Origin: Eledone cirrhosa
Lineage: Eukaryota
Assembly: GCA_964016885.1 (NCBI GenBank)
Contig: OZ024740.1
Coordinates: forward strand, 125,488,001 to 125,552,000
Length of the DNA: 64,000 nucleotides
Reading direction: 5' to 3'
In this document: piece by piece, positions 40,250 through 52,944 of the stretch
How the letters are laid out: every line of letters begins with the position of its first letter
Numbering within the stretch: the stretch's first letter is position 1
Position numbers and translations under genes: made by a program
Notes under the pieces: generated by a model
The model's database searches: none
What the model was told of the DNA's origin: nothing
The model's input: only the letters and a program-made list of their open reading frames with translations

Positions 40250-43200
40250 GCTTACCACCCAATTTGACATAAATGGTGCTCGCAAATTACTATTTTATGC
40301 ACATATTATCAATGGTTATGACATGGAAACCTGATGAAAATGACTAGCTTTGTAGAAAAAAGAGGGAGGATGTGGGTGGAAATAACATTTACAAAGCTAG
40401 TCATTTTTTATTGCAGCGGAAGTCATATCTTTTGTTAATATGCTAAAAGCATAATCCACTGCGAGCATCTTGGAATTTGATAGCACATGCAAAAATGAAG
40501 GAAACATTTTTGTTCTAACATAAATCAAAGTGGAAATTTAAATCCTCAATTATAACAAAGCATACCACAGCACATTAATCTACCCCAATCCACACCATAA
40601 ATTCACCATAACCATAGTTCACTATATGGTAAATTTATTACAGAACACCTACCATTTACATCACACCATGGTATGGAGATCAATGTGACAAATTTGCTAC
40701 CTGCTTTTTTTTTTTTGTGGTTACCACTTCAAAATAACATCAAAGTTGCTTGCAAATGACTATTTTCCCACACATTATCTATGAATATGACATGGGAATC
40801 TATCGTTTACAATTGGTTTCCATTTCATAACTTAAGCAAACCAAACCAAACCACACCATACCAAGTTACACCATACTACATCACACCAAGCTATTGATTT
40901 TGGTGTGAAACATTTTCTTCCCGTTTCCTCTTTTTTTTGTGTGTGTGCTTACCACCCAATCTGACATTAAAGGTGCTCCCAATTGACTATTTTTTTACAC
41001 TTATCAGTAATTATGACATGGAAACATTTTGAAAATGACTATCTTTGTAGAAACTTCACCAAACCACACCATACTACATCACACCAAGCTATTGATTTTG
41101 GTGTGACAAATTTTCATTTGGCATTTTTTTTTTTTTTGCTTACCACCCAATTTGACATAAAAGGTGCTTGCAAATTACTATTTTATGCACATATTATCAA
41201 TGGTTATGACATGGAAACCTGATGAAAATGACTAGCTTTGTAGAAAAAAGAGGGAGGATGTGGGTGGAAATAACATTTACAAAGCTAGTCATTTTTTATT
41301 GCAGCGGAAGTCATATTTTTTGTTAATATGCTAAAAGCATAATCCACTGCGAGCATCTTGGAAGTTGATAGCACATGCAAAAATGAAGGAAACATTTTTG
41401 TTCTAACATAAATCAAAGTGGAAATTTAAATCCTCACTTATAACAAAGCACACCACAGCACATTAATCTACCCCAATCCACACCATAAATGCACCATAAC
41501 CATAGTTCACTATATGGTAAATTTATTACAAAACACCTACCATTTACATCACACCATGGTATGGAGATCAATGTGACAAATTTGCTACCTGCTTTTTTTT
41601 TTTTTTTGTGGTTACCACTTCAAAATAACATCAAAGGTGCTTGCAAATGACTATTTTCCCCACACATTATCAATGAATATGACATGGGAATCCATCATTT
41701 ACAATTGGTTTCCATTTCATAACTTAACCAAACCATACCATACCAAGTTACACCATACTACATCACACCAAGCTATTGATCTTGCTGTGAAACATTTTCT
41801 TCCCGTTTCTTTTTTTTTTTTTGTGTGTGTGTGTGCTTACCACCCAATCTGACATTAAAGGTGCTCCCAATTGACTATTTTTTTTTCCACTTATCAATAA
41901 TTATGACATGGAAACCTGTCGAAAATGACTATCTTTGTAGAAACTTCACCAAACCACACCATGCTACATCACACCAAACTATTGATTTTGGTGTGACAAA
42001 TTTTCATTTGTCAATTTTTTTTTTTTTATTTTTTTTTTTTTTGTGCTTACCACCCAATTTGACATAAATGGTGCTCGCAAATTACTATTTTATGCACATA
42101 TTATCAATGGTTATGACATGGAAACCTGATGAAAATGACTAGCTTTGTAGAAAAAAGAGGGAGGATGTGGGTGGAAATAACATTTACAAAGCTAGTCATT
42201 TTTTATTGCAGCGGAAGTCATATCTTTTGTTAATATGCTAAAAGCATAATCCACTGCGAGCATCTTGGAATTTGATAGCACATGCAAAAATGAAGGAAAC
42301 ATTTTTGTTCTAACATAAATCAAAGTGGAAATTTAAATCCTCAATTATAACAAAGCATACCACAGCACATTAATCTACCCCAATCCACACCATAAATTCA
42401 CCATAACCATAGTTCACTATATGGTAAATTTATTACAGAACACCTACCATTTACATCACACCATGGTATGGAGATCAATGTGACAAATTTGCTACCTGCT
42501 TTTCTTTTTTTGTGGTTACCACTTCAAAATAACATCAAAGTTGCTTGCAAATGACTATTTTCCCACACATTATCTATGAATATGACATGGGAATCTATCG
42601 TTTACAATTGGTTTCCATTTCATAACTTAAGCAAACCAAACCAAACCACAACATACCAAGTTACACCATACTACATCACACCAAGCTATTGATTTTGGTG
42701 TGAAACATTTTCTTCCCGTTTCCTCTTTTTTTTGTGTGTGTGCTTACCACCCAATCTGACATTAAAGGTGCTCCCAATTGACTATTTTTTTACACTTATC
42801 AGTAATTATGACATGGAAACCTGTCGAAAATGACTATCTTTGTAGAAACTTCACCAAACCACACCATACTACATCACACCAAGCTATTGATTTTGGTGTG
42901 ACAAATTTTCATTTGGCATTTTTTTTTTTTTTGCTTACCACCCAATTTGACATAAAAGGTGCTTGCAAATTACTATTTTATGCACATATTATCAATGGTT
43001 ATGACATGGAAACCTGATGAAAATGACTAGCTTTGTAGAAAAAAGAGGGAGGATGTGGGTGGAAATAACATTTACAAAGCTAGTCATTTTTTATTGCAGC
43101 GGAAATCATATCTTTTGTTAATATGCTAAAAGCATCTTGGAAGTTGATAGCACATGCAAAAATGAAGGAAACATTTTTGTTCTAACATAAATCAAAGTGG

Positions 43201-44279
43201 AAATTTAAATCCTCACTTATAACAAAGCACACCACAGCACATTAATCTACCCCAATCCACACCATAAATGCACCATAACCATAGTTCACTATATGGTAAA
43301 TTTATTACAAAACACCTACCATTTACATCACACCATGGTATGGAGATCATTGTGACAAATTTTCTACCTGCTTTTTTTTTTTTTTTTGTGGTTACCACTT
43401 CCAAATAACATCAAAGGTGCTTGCAAATGACTAATTTCCCCACACATTATCAATGAATATGACATGGGAATCCATCGTTTACAATTGGTTTCCATTTCAT
43501 AACTTAACCAAACCACACCATACCAAGTTACACCATACTACATCACACCAAGCTATTGATCTTGCTGTGAAACATTTTCTTCCCGTTTCTTTTTTTTTTT
43601 TGTGTGTGTGTGTGCTTACCACCCAATCTGACATTAAAGGTGCTCCCAATTGACTATTTTTCTTTCCACTTATCAATAATTATGACATGGAAACCTGTCG
43701 AAAATGACTATCTTTGTAGAAACTTCACCAAACCACACCATGCTACATCACACCAAACTATTGATTTTGGTGTGACAAATTTTCATTTGTCAATTTTTAT
43801 TTTTTTTATTTATTTTTTTTTTGTGCTTACCACCCAATTTGACATAAATGGTGCTCGCAAATTACTATTTTATGCACATATTATCAATGGTTATGACATG
43901 GAAACCTGATGAAAATGACTAGCTTTGTAGAAAAAAGAGGGAGGATGTGGGTGGAAATAACATTTACAAAGCTAGTCATTTTTTATTGCAGCGGAAGTCA
44001 TATATTTTGTTAATATGCTAAAAGCATAATCCACTGCGAGCATCTTGGAATTTGATAGCACATGCAAAAATGAAGGAAAAATTTTTTTCATATCATAAAT
44101 CAAAGTGGAAATTTAAATCCTCACTTATAACAAAGCACACCACAGCAGGAGACATTAACCTACCTCAATCCACACCATAACCATACTTCACTATATGCTA
44201 AATTTATTACAAAACAGCTAATCCTACTATTTACATCACACCATGGTATGAACATCAATGTGATAAAATTGCTACCTGC

Positions 44280-44311
<32 letters not shown>

Positions 44312-45650
44312 TCCCACCCAATTTGACATAAAAGGTGCTTGCAAATTACTATTTTATGCACATATTATCAATGGTTATGACATGGAAACCTGATGAAAAT
44401 GACTAGCTTTGTAGAAAAAAGAGGGAGGATGTGGGTGGAAATAACATTTACAAAGCTAGTCATTTTTTATTGCAGCGGAAGTCATATCTTTTGTTAATAT
44501 GCTAAAAGCATCTTGGAAGTTGATAGCACATGCAAAAATGAAGGAAAAATTTTTTCTTACATAAATCAAAGTGGAAATTTAAATCCTCACTTATAACAAA
44601 GCACACCACAGCACATTAATCTACGCCAATGCACCATAACCATAGTTCACTATATGGTAAATTTATTACAGAACACCTACCATTTACATCACACCATGGT
44701 ATGGAGATCAATGTGACAAATTCGCTACCTGCGTTTTTTTTTATTTTATTGTGGTTACCACCTCAAACTAACATCAAAGGTGCTTGCAAATGACTAATTT
44801 CCCCACACATTATCAATGAATATGACATGGGAATCTATCGTTTACAATTGGTTTCCATTTCATAACTTAACCAAACCAAACCAAACCACAACATACCAAG
44901 TTACACCATACTACATCACACCAAGCTATTGATTTTGGTGTGACAAATTTTCATCTGGCTTTTTTTTTTTTTTTTTTTTTTTTTTGTGTGCTTACCACCC
45001 AATTTGACATAAAAGGTGCTTGCAAATTACTATTTTATGCACATATTATCAATGGTATGACATGGAAACCTGATGAAAATGACTAGCTTTGTAGAAAAAA
45101 GAGGAAGGATGTAAGTGGAAATACCATTTACAAAGCTAGGCATTTTTTATTGCAGTGGAAGTCATATTCTTTGTTAATATGCTAAAAGCATAGTCCACTG
45201 CGAGCTTCTTGGAAGTTGATAGCACATGCAAAAATTAGGAAAATTTTTTTTCTAACGTAAATCAAAGTGGAAATTTAAATCCTCACTAATAACAATGCAC
45301 ACCACAGCACATTAATCTACCCCAATCCACACCATATACTTCACCATAACCATACTTCACTATATGGTAAATTTATTACAGAACACCTACTCCTACCATT
45401 TACATCACAGCATTGCTCGCAGTTGACTATTTTTTTCACATATTATGAATGAATATAACTTTGAAACCTATCGTCAATGATTAGCTTTGTAGAAAAATGA
45501 AGGCAGAAAGTGGGTGGAAAAATCATTCACAGAGCTAGTCATTTTTAATTGCAGTGGAAATCATATTTGTTGTTAATATGCTAAAAAAATAGTCAATTGC
45601 AAGCATTTTGCAGGTCGGATTAGTTGAGAGGACATAAAAAAACAAAGGAA
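38900..45650. repeat. Satellite array, ~890-910-bp monomers with a ~1795-bp higher-order dimer
   Basis: Anchor aagagg(g/a)aggatgt at 39451, 40360, 41248, 42155, 43043, 43935, 44419 and 45099. Confidence 0.95.
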
Positions 45651-45779
45651 AACAAATATTGTCTATATGTTCCTGTGGAAAGTCGGGTCTTCTGTATTAC
45701 TGTGAGACACCAGAGAGGTCATGGTCGTGTGTCATTGCCCTTGAGAAGTGCCATTGGGAAAGGTCGGCTTAGAAATATT

Positions 45780-46370
45780 TACTTCTGTGTTTACAGATTG
45801 AATTTTTTAGTTTCAGAAGATCCCATTAAGGGTGAAAGCAGCCGATTCTTTGCTTAAACTTTAATCTGTTATTTAATCTGTTATTTTAATAAATATTTGC
45901 TCTATGGTTCTTATATATTTGATATATATTTATCCTTATCGAGCCCTCTTTGGATGTTAGTCTTCAAATTTATTATTATTACTATTTGGCTCCCTTGATT
46001 GAGTACTCTATTGACTTATATTCATCATGCAGAAACATCTGAATATTTCTACAAAGAACAGACCCGTACCAAGCAGGAAGAAATACCTAAAACTACGTCT
46101 CCACGAACCAAAGTATCGCCTTCCTGTCTTCCTTCGGTTGCAACGTTTTTCGAAATATTTACACCTGCGTTCAGATTGATTTTTTTTTTTTTTTTTTTTT
46201 TTTTTTGTAGTAGTTTCAGAAGATCCCATTAAGGGTGAAAGCAGCCGATTCTTCGCTTAAAATTTAATCTGTTATTTTAATAAATATTTGCTCTACGGTT
46301 CTTATATAATTGATATATATTTATCCCTATCGAGCCCTCTTTGGATTTTAGTCTTCATATGTATTATTAT
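45780..46370 (+). mobile_element. Helitron-related internal sequence, duplicated block
   Basis: agatcccattaagggtgaaagcagccgattctt(t/c)gcttaaa occurs twice, and acgaaccaaagtatcg is present. Both match the interior of the 11977-12752 Helitron. Confidence 0.65.
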
Positions 46371-46405
46371 TATTATTACTATATATATATATATATATAT
46401 ATATA

Positions 46406-47823
46406 ATGAAAAAAGTTTGTCCTTCATCAGTGATCTTCCAACTACCATAGGTATTTCATCGCTTTAAAGACCATATACCTCCGGTTGGTGCGAGCAACGG
46501 CTAAAAAAAGTCGTTGGGACACGTAAATAAAGGGGACGCGAGGGTAAACAAACAAAATGGTGAGGAAGGAGGAAACAAGTCCCAGATTTCTATGAATTTA
46601 AGTTCGGTGAACGAGAGAATAAAGACCATCAAACCTGGTTGAAATGTGAGCAAGGAAGGAATTTTGCACAGGTCTAACGGGAGGAAGAAGGGGTCTGGTC
46701 TGCGAATTCGGTAAACATAAGTTCTGTGAAATCGTAGACGCGAGAGAAAAAATTCCGACCAGCTTGGCCGAGAATGTGAGAGAAAAGAGTTACTCACAGG
46801 TCAAGCGAGGAGGAGGAGAGGTAGTGACAGAGAATGAGTGAGTGAAGGGTGAGGTAAGGAAGAGGCTAACGGAGAGAGAGACTGCTAGAAAGGGTAAAGA
46901 TACATAGAACGAAAAAGACGGTGTAGCAGCAGAGGAAAAAATATGTGTAAATATGATAAGGGCGCTGCGGAGTTGCAAATGGGTTACATATGAAAAAAAT
47001 TTGTCCTTCATCAGTGATCTTCCAACTATCATAGGTATTTCATCGCTTTAAAGTCCATATACCTCCGGTTGGTGCGAGCAACGGTTTTATTTACGTGTCC
47101 CAACGACTTTTTTTAGCCGTTGCTCGCACCAACCGGAGGTATATGGTCTTTAAAGCGATGAAATACCTATGATAGTTGGAAGATCACTGATGAAGGACAA
47201 ACTTTTTTCATATGTAACCCATTTGTAACTCCACAGCGCCCTTATTATCATATTTACACATTTTTTCCTCTGCTGCTACACCGTCTTTTTCGTTCTATGT
47301 ATCTTTACCCTTTCTAGCAGTCTCTCTCTCTCTGTTAGCCTCTTCCTTACCTCACCCTTCACTCACTCATTCTCTGTCACTACCTCTCCTTCTCTTTCTT
47401 CTCGCTTGACCTGTGAGTAACTCTTTTCTCTCACATTCTCGGCCAAGCTGGTCGGAATTTTTTCTCTCGCGTCCACGATTTCACAGAACTTATGTTTACC
47501 GAATTCGCAGACCAGACCCCTTCTTCCTCCCGTTAGACCTGTGCGAAATTCCTTCCTTGTTCACATTTCAACCAGGTTTGATGGTCTTTATTCTCTCGTT
47601 CACAATTTCACTGAACTTAAATTCATAGAAATCTGGGACTTGTTGCCTCACCATTTTGTTTGTTTACCCTCGTGTCCCAACGACTCTTTTTAGCCGTTGC
47701 TCGCACCAACCGGAGGTATATGGTCTTTAGAGCGATGAAATACCTATGATAGTTGGAAGATCACTGATGAAGGACAAACTTTTTTCATATGTAACCCATT
47801 TGCAACTCCGCAGCGCCCTTATT

Positions 47824-47829
<6 letters not shown>
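46406..47829. mobile_element. Unclassified 1.4-kb palindromic element; each arm is ~1.2 copies of a ~580-bp unit
   Basis: A ~95-bp block occurs at 46406 and 46990 in one orientation and at 47117 and 47694 in the other. (TA)n on both flanks. Confidence 0.85.
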
Positions 47830-47874
<45 letters not shown>

Positions 47875-47921
47875 ATATTAGTTTATATATATGTGTGTGT
47901 GTATATATATATATACACATA

Positions 47922-48260
47922 TTGAGAGCATTGGCCTTGCAATCGAAAGGTTGTGAGTTCAATTCTCACACCGGGTGATGTTGTTTCCTTGAGCAAGACA
48001 CTTTATTTCACATTGCTCCAGTTTATTCAGCTGTAGAAATGAGATGATAGGACTGGAGTCCCTATCATTCCACGGCAAAAAAGCACCCGGCCCACACTGT
48101 AAAGTGGATGTGGAGGTGCCACGGGAAAAAAGCACCCAGCACTCACTTTAAATGACGTTGGTGTTAGGAAGGGCATCCAGCTGTAGAAATCAAGCCAGAA
48201 TCAGTTCCCGTCCCACCCTTGCAAGCAGGGAAAAAGTGGATGTAAAATGAAATGATGATG
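47922..48260 (+). mobile_element. tRNA/CORE-like SINE with RTE-derived 3' tail
   Basis: gagttcaattc B box, ccttgagcaagacacttt, tail ggtgttaggaagggcatccagctgtagaaa and (GAT)n. Confidence 0.85.
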
Positions 48261-48261
48261 A

Positions 48262-48596
48262 ATGCTCCCAGCTGTGGTCACCCCATAGTATCAAACTAAC
48301 CATGGAGCTTGAAGCAATCCAATGAAGCTACACCAAGAAGGTTTCCACGATGAAGGAGATAAACTACTGGGAGAGTCTAAAAGAACTGAAACTCTACTCC
48401 TCGGAATGAAGACGGGAGAGATATGCAATGATATACATATGGAAAATCCTGGGGGGGGACTAAGACCAAACTTTCGCATTGAGAGCTGGACCAATTCTCG
48501 AACAGGATGTCACTGTGTGGTACCAAAGGTCCCGTCTTCCACATCTAGAATCAGGAGCAGCTATTGCAATAGCCTGGGGTTCAAAGGCCCTCAACT
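48262..48596 (+). pseudogene. CR1-group LINE C-terminal fragment
   Basis: ELEAIQ..YWESLKELKLYS..RRERY. Homologous to 51520-52100. Confidence 0.8.
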
Positions 48597-48670
48597 TGGT
48601 TTTTCAAAATTTTAATTTGTGTTTCCTATTCATCAATGCTTCAAGCAAGCTATAAAACTCTGTTATATTT

Positions 48671-48838
48671 CATCATCATCATTTTATGTCAGTTTTTCTA
48701 CGCTAGCATGGGTTGTCCTGTTGTGAGCAATGTCCGGTCGGCTGACCTTGTCTTGCTCATACAAGAACTGATTCTGTCTTGATTTCTACAGCTGGATGCC
48801 CTTCCTAACACCAACCTCATTTACAGTGAGTGCTGGGT

Positions 48839-48873
<35 letters not shown>

Positions 48874-49070
48874 GAGTGGCACCTCCACGACCACTTTGCA
48901 GTGGAATGATAGGGACCCCAGTCCTATCATCTCATTTCTACAGCTGAGTAAACTGGAGCAATGTGAAATAAAGTGTCTTGCTCAAGGAAACAACACATCA
49001 CCCGGTCCGAGAATTAAACTCACAACCTTTCAATTGCAAGCCCAATGCTCTAACCACTGACCCATGTGCC
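48671..49070 (-). mobile_element. Same SINE family as 47922, inverted copy
   Basis: Reverse-complement match including the A/B boxes and (GAT)n tail. Confidence 0.85.
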
Positions 49071-49074
49071 TTCT

Positions 49075-50060
49075 ATTGTTGGCAATGTTAGGTCAGGTGA
49101 CCATGTATTGCTCATAAAGAACTGATTTTGGCTTGGTTTCTACAGCTGGATGCCCTTCCTAATGCCAAGCTCATTTACAATGAGTACTGGGTGTTTTTTG
49201 TTGTGATTCCTCCACGACTACTTTACAGTGTGGACTGGGTGTTTTTTACCGTGTCACCATCACGACCACTTTACAGTGTTTCGGCCTGTTCTCATGAAAG
49301 ATATAATGGCGGGTGGGATGGAGTGGTGCATACTGTATGTATGTTTCAGCCTTGGCCTGGGCCCGTGGGAAGTTGGGGTTTCTGTATTACCTCATAACGC
49401 CAGAGATCTTGGTCCTGAGTCATTGCCTTTCAGAGGTGCAATTGGGCAAGGTCGGCTTTTATCACTTCATCTCAAGTCTTTCTGGGACTTTATGTAGCTG
49501 TCATCCTTCATACGAATCATATGTCCATACCAACATAATCTCTTCTCCTGCACGCAACATTTGATTCCTCTTATGCCTAGTTTCTCTTTCAGTTTGTTTA
49601 TGCTTTGCTGTTCGCATATATTACTATTACACATCCTTCGGAGCATACAAGCTTCATTCCTTTCTAATCTACGCAAGTCTTCTACACACAGTGCTCAGCT
49701 CTCACTACCAAGCAACATTGCCGTTCATATGCACACATCATACAGTCTACCTTTTATTCTGAGGGAAAAGCCTTTTGTATCCAGCTGTGGCAGTAGCTCC
49801 CTCAACTTCTTCCATCCCATTCTTTCAGAACACCCCCTCCGCTGCTAATTCGGTATTGTTTTTACCAAGTCCTCCCAGACTTTGATGTCACTTGTTTTCA
49901 GTGATCGTCCTGCTTACTGTCCTGGTGCAACTGCTACACGTAAAGCCTACATTCTTAACTAAACTTCCTGAGATCCCACTACATCTCTTGTGTACCCATA
50001 GTTTGCATATGGGGCAGAGGATGGAGTTTCTACCTACACCTCTCCTACATAATGAGCACA
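49075..50060 (-). pseudogene. Diverged RTE copy (PHD family relative)
   Basis: [17 protein letters not shown] motif. Cys/His insert relic at ~49920-50060. Confidence 0.8.
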
Positions 50061-50100
50061 CATGCACATATATATATACACACTTGCATATATATATATA

Positions 50101-51095
50101 CTAGCCGAATTACTAGCGCCTTGCTGCGTTTCACACATTTTTTTTCTAAGAAAATGATGATTGATTTTAAATCAGTGATATAATTTATGGAGAAAAACTC
50201 AATATTACTCAATGTAAAATATAATGCATGAAAAATTGGAAAACATCATTTTTTGTAATATATCAAATCAAAATTGCATTATTAAATCTTATTCTTATTT
50301 TGTTTCTTGTAAATAATTTTTTTCAAAATATCAATTAAAAACTTTTGTGAATAGGCATCATATCTTGTCATTTACTATGGTTTAAGTTTCATATAAATCA
50401 AAAGGGAAAAGTTTTCAGTGGGGGTTTGTACCCCCGGGGAACCCTAATAGGGGGTTTAACCACCATTAAGATGTCATAGTATTGAAATTTTGTGAATAGG
50501 CATCATATTTCTTCATTTATCTATGGTTTAAATAGCATATAAATCGAACCGAAAAAATTTTCAGCGGGGATTTTGTGCCCCCTGGTGAACTCTAATAGGA
50601 GGTTTAACCCCTATTAGGGTATTGTAATTTTATTGAAATTTGCTGAAATGATGTGAATAGGCATCATATCTTGTCGTTTACCTATGGTTTAAATTGCATA
50701 TAAATCGAAGCGAAAACATTTTCAGCATGGGTTTGTGCCACCGGTGAACCCTAATAGGGGGTTTAACCCCCATTAGGGTATTTTAATTTTATTGAAATTT
50801 GCTGAAATTTTGTGAATAGGCATCGTATCTTGTCATTTACCTATGGTTTAAATTTCATATAAATCGAAGGTAAAGTTTCAGCGGTGGTTTTGTGCCTCCG
50901 ATGAACCCTTTGATTAAAATGAAATATACTTATACAAGTACCCTGGGCAATGTAGTTTCAGAATATATGTGGTTATGGGGGTCTATCTCCAAAACCATAG
51001 GAGGAGTTCGTAAAATCTTGTTCCATTTTTTGGCCAAACTTTTCACTATAGGGCGTTTAACCCCCATTAGGGTGTCTTAATATTATTGAAATTTG
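50101..51095 (-). mobile_element. Non-autonomous Helitron-like element with ~145-160-bp internal tandem repeats
   Basis: CTAG at 50101 abuts (TA)n and a degenerate GC hairpin. gtgaataggcatc recurs at ~50347, 50492, 50653 and 50812. Confidence 0.6.
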
Positions 51096-51101
51096 CGCGC
51101 G

Positions 51102-51134
<33 letters not shown>

Positions 51135-51519
51135 GCACAAACACACACACACATATATATATATATATACACACAAACACACACACACACATATTTATAT
51201 CTTTTAGCAGAGCATTTTAATATTGCCACTCAATGAAAACCCTTTGTTTGGAATAAATGAATCTTGAAAATTAGGAGTGCCTGTCAGGGTGTATGTGTTT
51301 GTCTACTTAGCATCAATTTACTACCCTCCCCTACCATCAGAAAATGTATAAATACCACCATATTACATTGACAGTCGGCTTTTCTGATGATTTCCTCCGA
51401 ATGAAACAGTTCTAGTCCTGTTGAAGCCATTTCTATATTAAATATATATATATACTCTTTTAGCTGTTCCAGCCATCCGGCTGAGACCATGATTGGGCAC
51501 TGCCCTTGTTGCTACACAT

Positions 51520-52100
51520 TCTATCTCCAGCCTGTGTTGGCTGGCCATTGATGTAAGAGGGAGTTCGTTGCTGCTGCCCTTAGGTTACCTTCGTACCGTG
51601 ATGTGGGCTCATCCGGGATCCTGGATAGCAGGGTGTCGAGAAGTTTCTTGAAAATATCCACGGCCACACCATGTAGATCTCTCAAATCCCTCGGCAGTTT
51701 GTTGAAGAGTTGAGGATCTTTGAACCCCAGTCTATTGCAATATCTGCTTCTTGTTCTAGATGTGGAAGACGGGACCTTTGTCACCACACAGTGACGTCCT
51801 GTTCGGTGGTTGGTCCCGCTCTCAATACCAAAGTTTGGCGCTAGTCCCTCCAGGATTTTCCATATGTATATCACTGCGTATCTCTCCCGTCTTTGTTCCA
51901 AGGAGTAGAGTTTCAGTTCTTTTAGCCTCTCCCAGTAGCTCATCTCCTTCATCGTGCAATCCTCTTGGTGTAGCTTCATTGGATTGTCTCAAGTTCCGTG
52001 GTTAGTTTGATACTATGGGGTGACCACAGCTGGGAGCAATAGTCCAGGCGGCTTAGGACAAATGGCCTTCATAGTATCAACATGGTCCCCCGGTCTCTTA
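51520..52100 (-). pseudogene. CR1-group LINE 3' fragment
   Basis: RLDYCSQLW, YWERLKELKLYSLEQRRER and LFNKLP..FKKLLD motifs. Confidence 0.85.
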
Positions 52101-52243
52101 TATAGAAAACCTCAAATAAAAGGTCAAGATTTGTTTTGATTTAACAGAGCAGAAAGAATTTGCGTCAGAATATTCCAGCCAATCCAGCCTATATCAGCTG
52201 AATAAATATGTATATGGAGATATATATATACACACCCACATGC

Positions 52244-52274
<31 letters not shown>

Positions 52275-52329
52275 CACGCACACACATATATATATATACA
52301 CACACACACACATACATACACGCATGCAT

Positions 52330-52680
52330 ACATACATGATGGCTGCCCCCTCATTATCGAGTATGGCCATTGCACGATATACCATTATTAATAATTATTA
52401 ATTAATTCTATCGTGCAATGCCTGTGCATGGAGATATTTTTTTAAATGAGGAAAGACTGTGGTCTGAGCAAATCCCACTCTCTGAGCGACAGTAGCTATA
52501 ACCCGAAAAGAAGAAAGTATCAACATCATCGGTAACTACTGAGCCGCAGGTTTTATATCGGAGTTATCCCAGTTTCCTGAGTTGCCTTCTAGAAGAATGC
52601 CTTGACAAAGGCTAGGGGTCCTTCACTCCCAGTGGTTTAACCGCGCGATCGGGTGTCCAGCCCGATTATTTCTATGTCCC
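52330..52680 (-). mobile_element. Short non-autonomous RTE derivative (5' UTR-like head plus RTE 3' end)
   Basis: Head cctagcctttgtcaaggca..ctagaagg..aactccgatataaaacc. The 3' end gcagccatcatgtat is shared with the RTE at 52945. Confidence 0.55.
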
Positions 52681-52739
52681 CGCGCATGTACATACACATG
52701 CACCCATGTATATACACATATACATACATATTTACACAC

Positions 52740-52935
52740 TTTTGGATGGCCGTTGACTCTTATGAGATCTTCCGCCCTTTGTCAGGTATTGTTTTTTGTC
52801 CTGCAGGGTGTCCAAAATCACCCTCCTCACCAAGTAAACTTGGTGGGGTTGCCGGTTTAGTCGCCGACGACTCGATCATGCGACAGGTTGTACTGGGTTA
52901 CATGTTACCAATAGCACTCAAGAATGACCCGACAT
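52740..52935 (-). mobile_element. ~195-bp short interspersed element, second copy at 55845
   Basis: Collinear with 55845-56092. Embedded in (CATA)n. Confidence 0.7.
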
Positions 52936-52944
52936 ACATACATA

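Noticed and set aside
38900-45650. CRISPR-like repeat-spacer pattern
   Set aside because: The intervening sequences are themselves repeated, the units are long, there are no cas genes, and the context is eukaryotic. It is a satellite.
47155-47205. GAAA...CTGATGA, a possible type II hammerhead or C/D box
   Set aside because: I could not build stems I-III around the core.
52840-52935. Possible HDV-like ribozyme on the minus strand (gtcg..ggcgactaaa)
   Set aside because: P1 is mismatched and no convincing P1.1 or P2 was found by eye. It needs a descriptor search.
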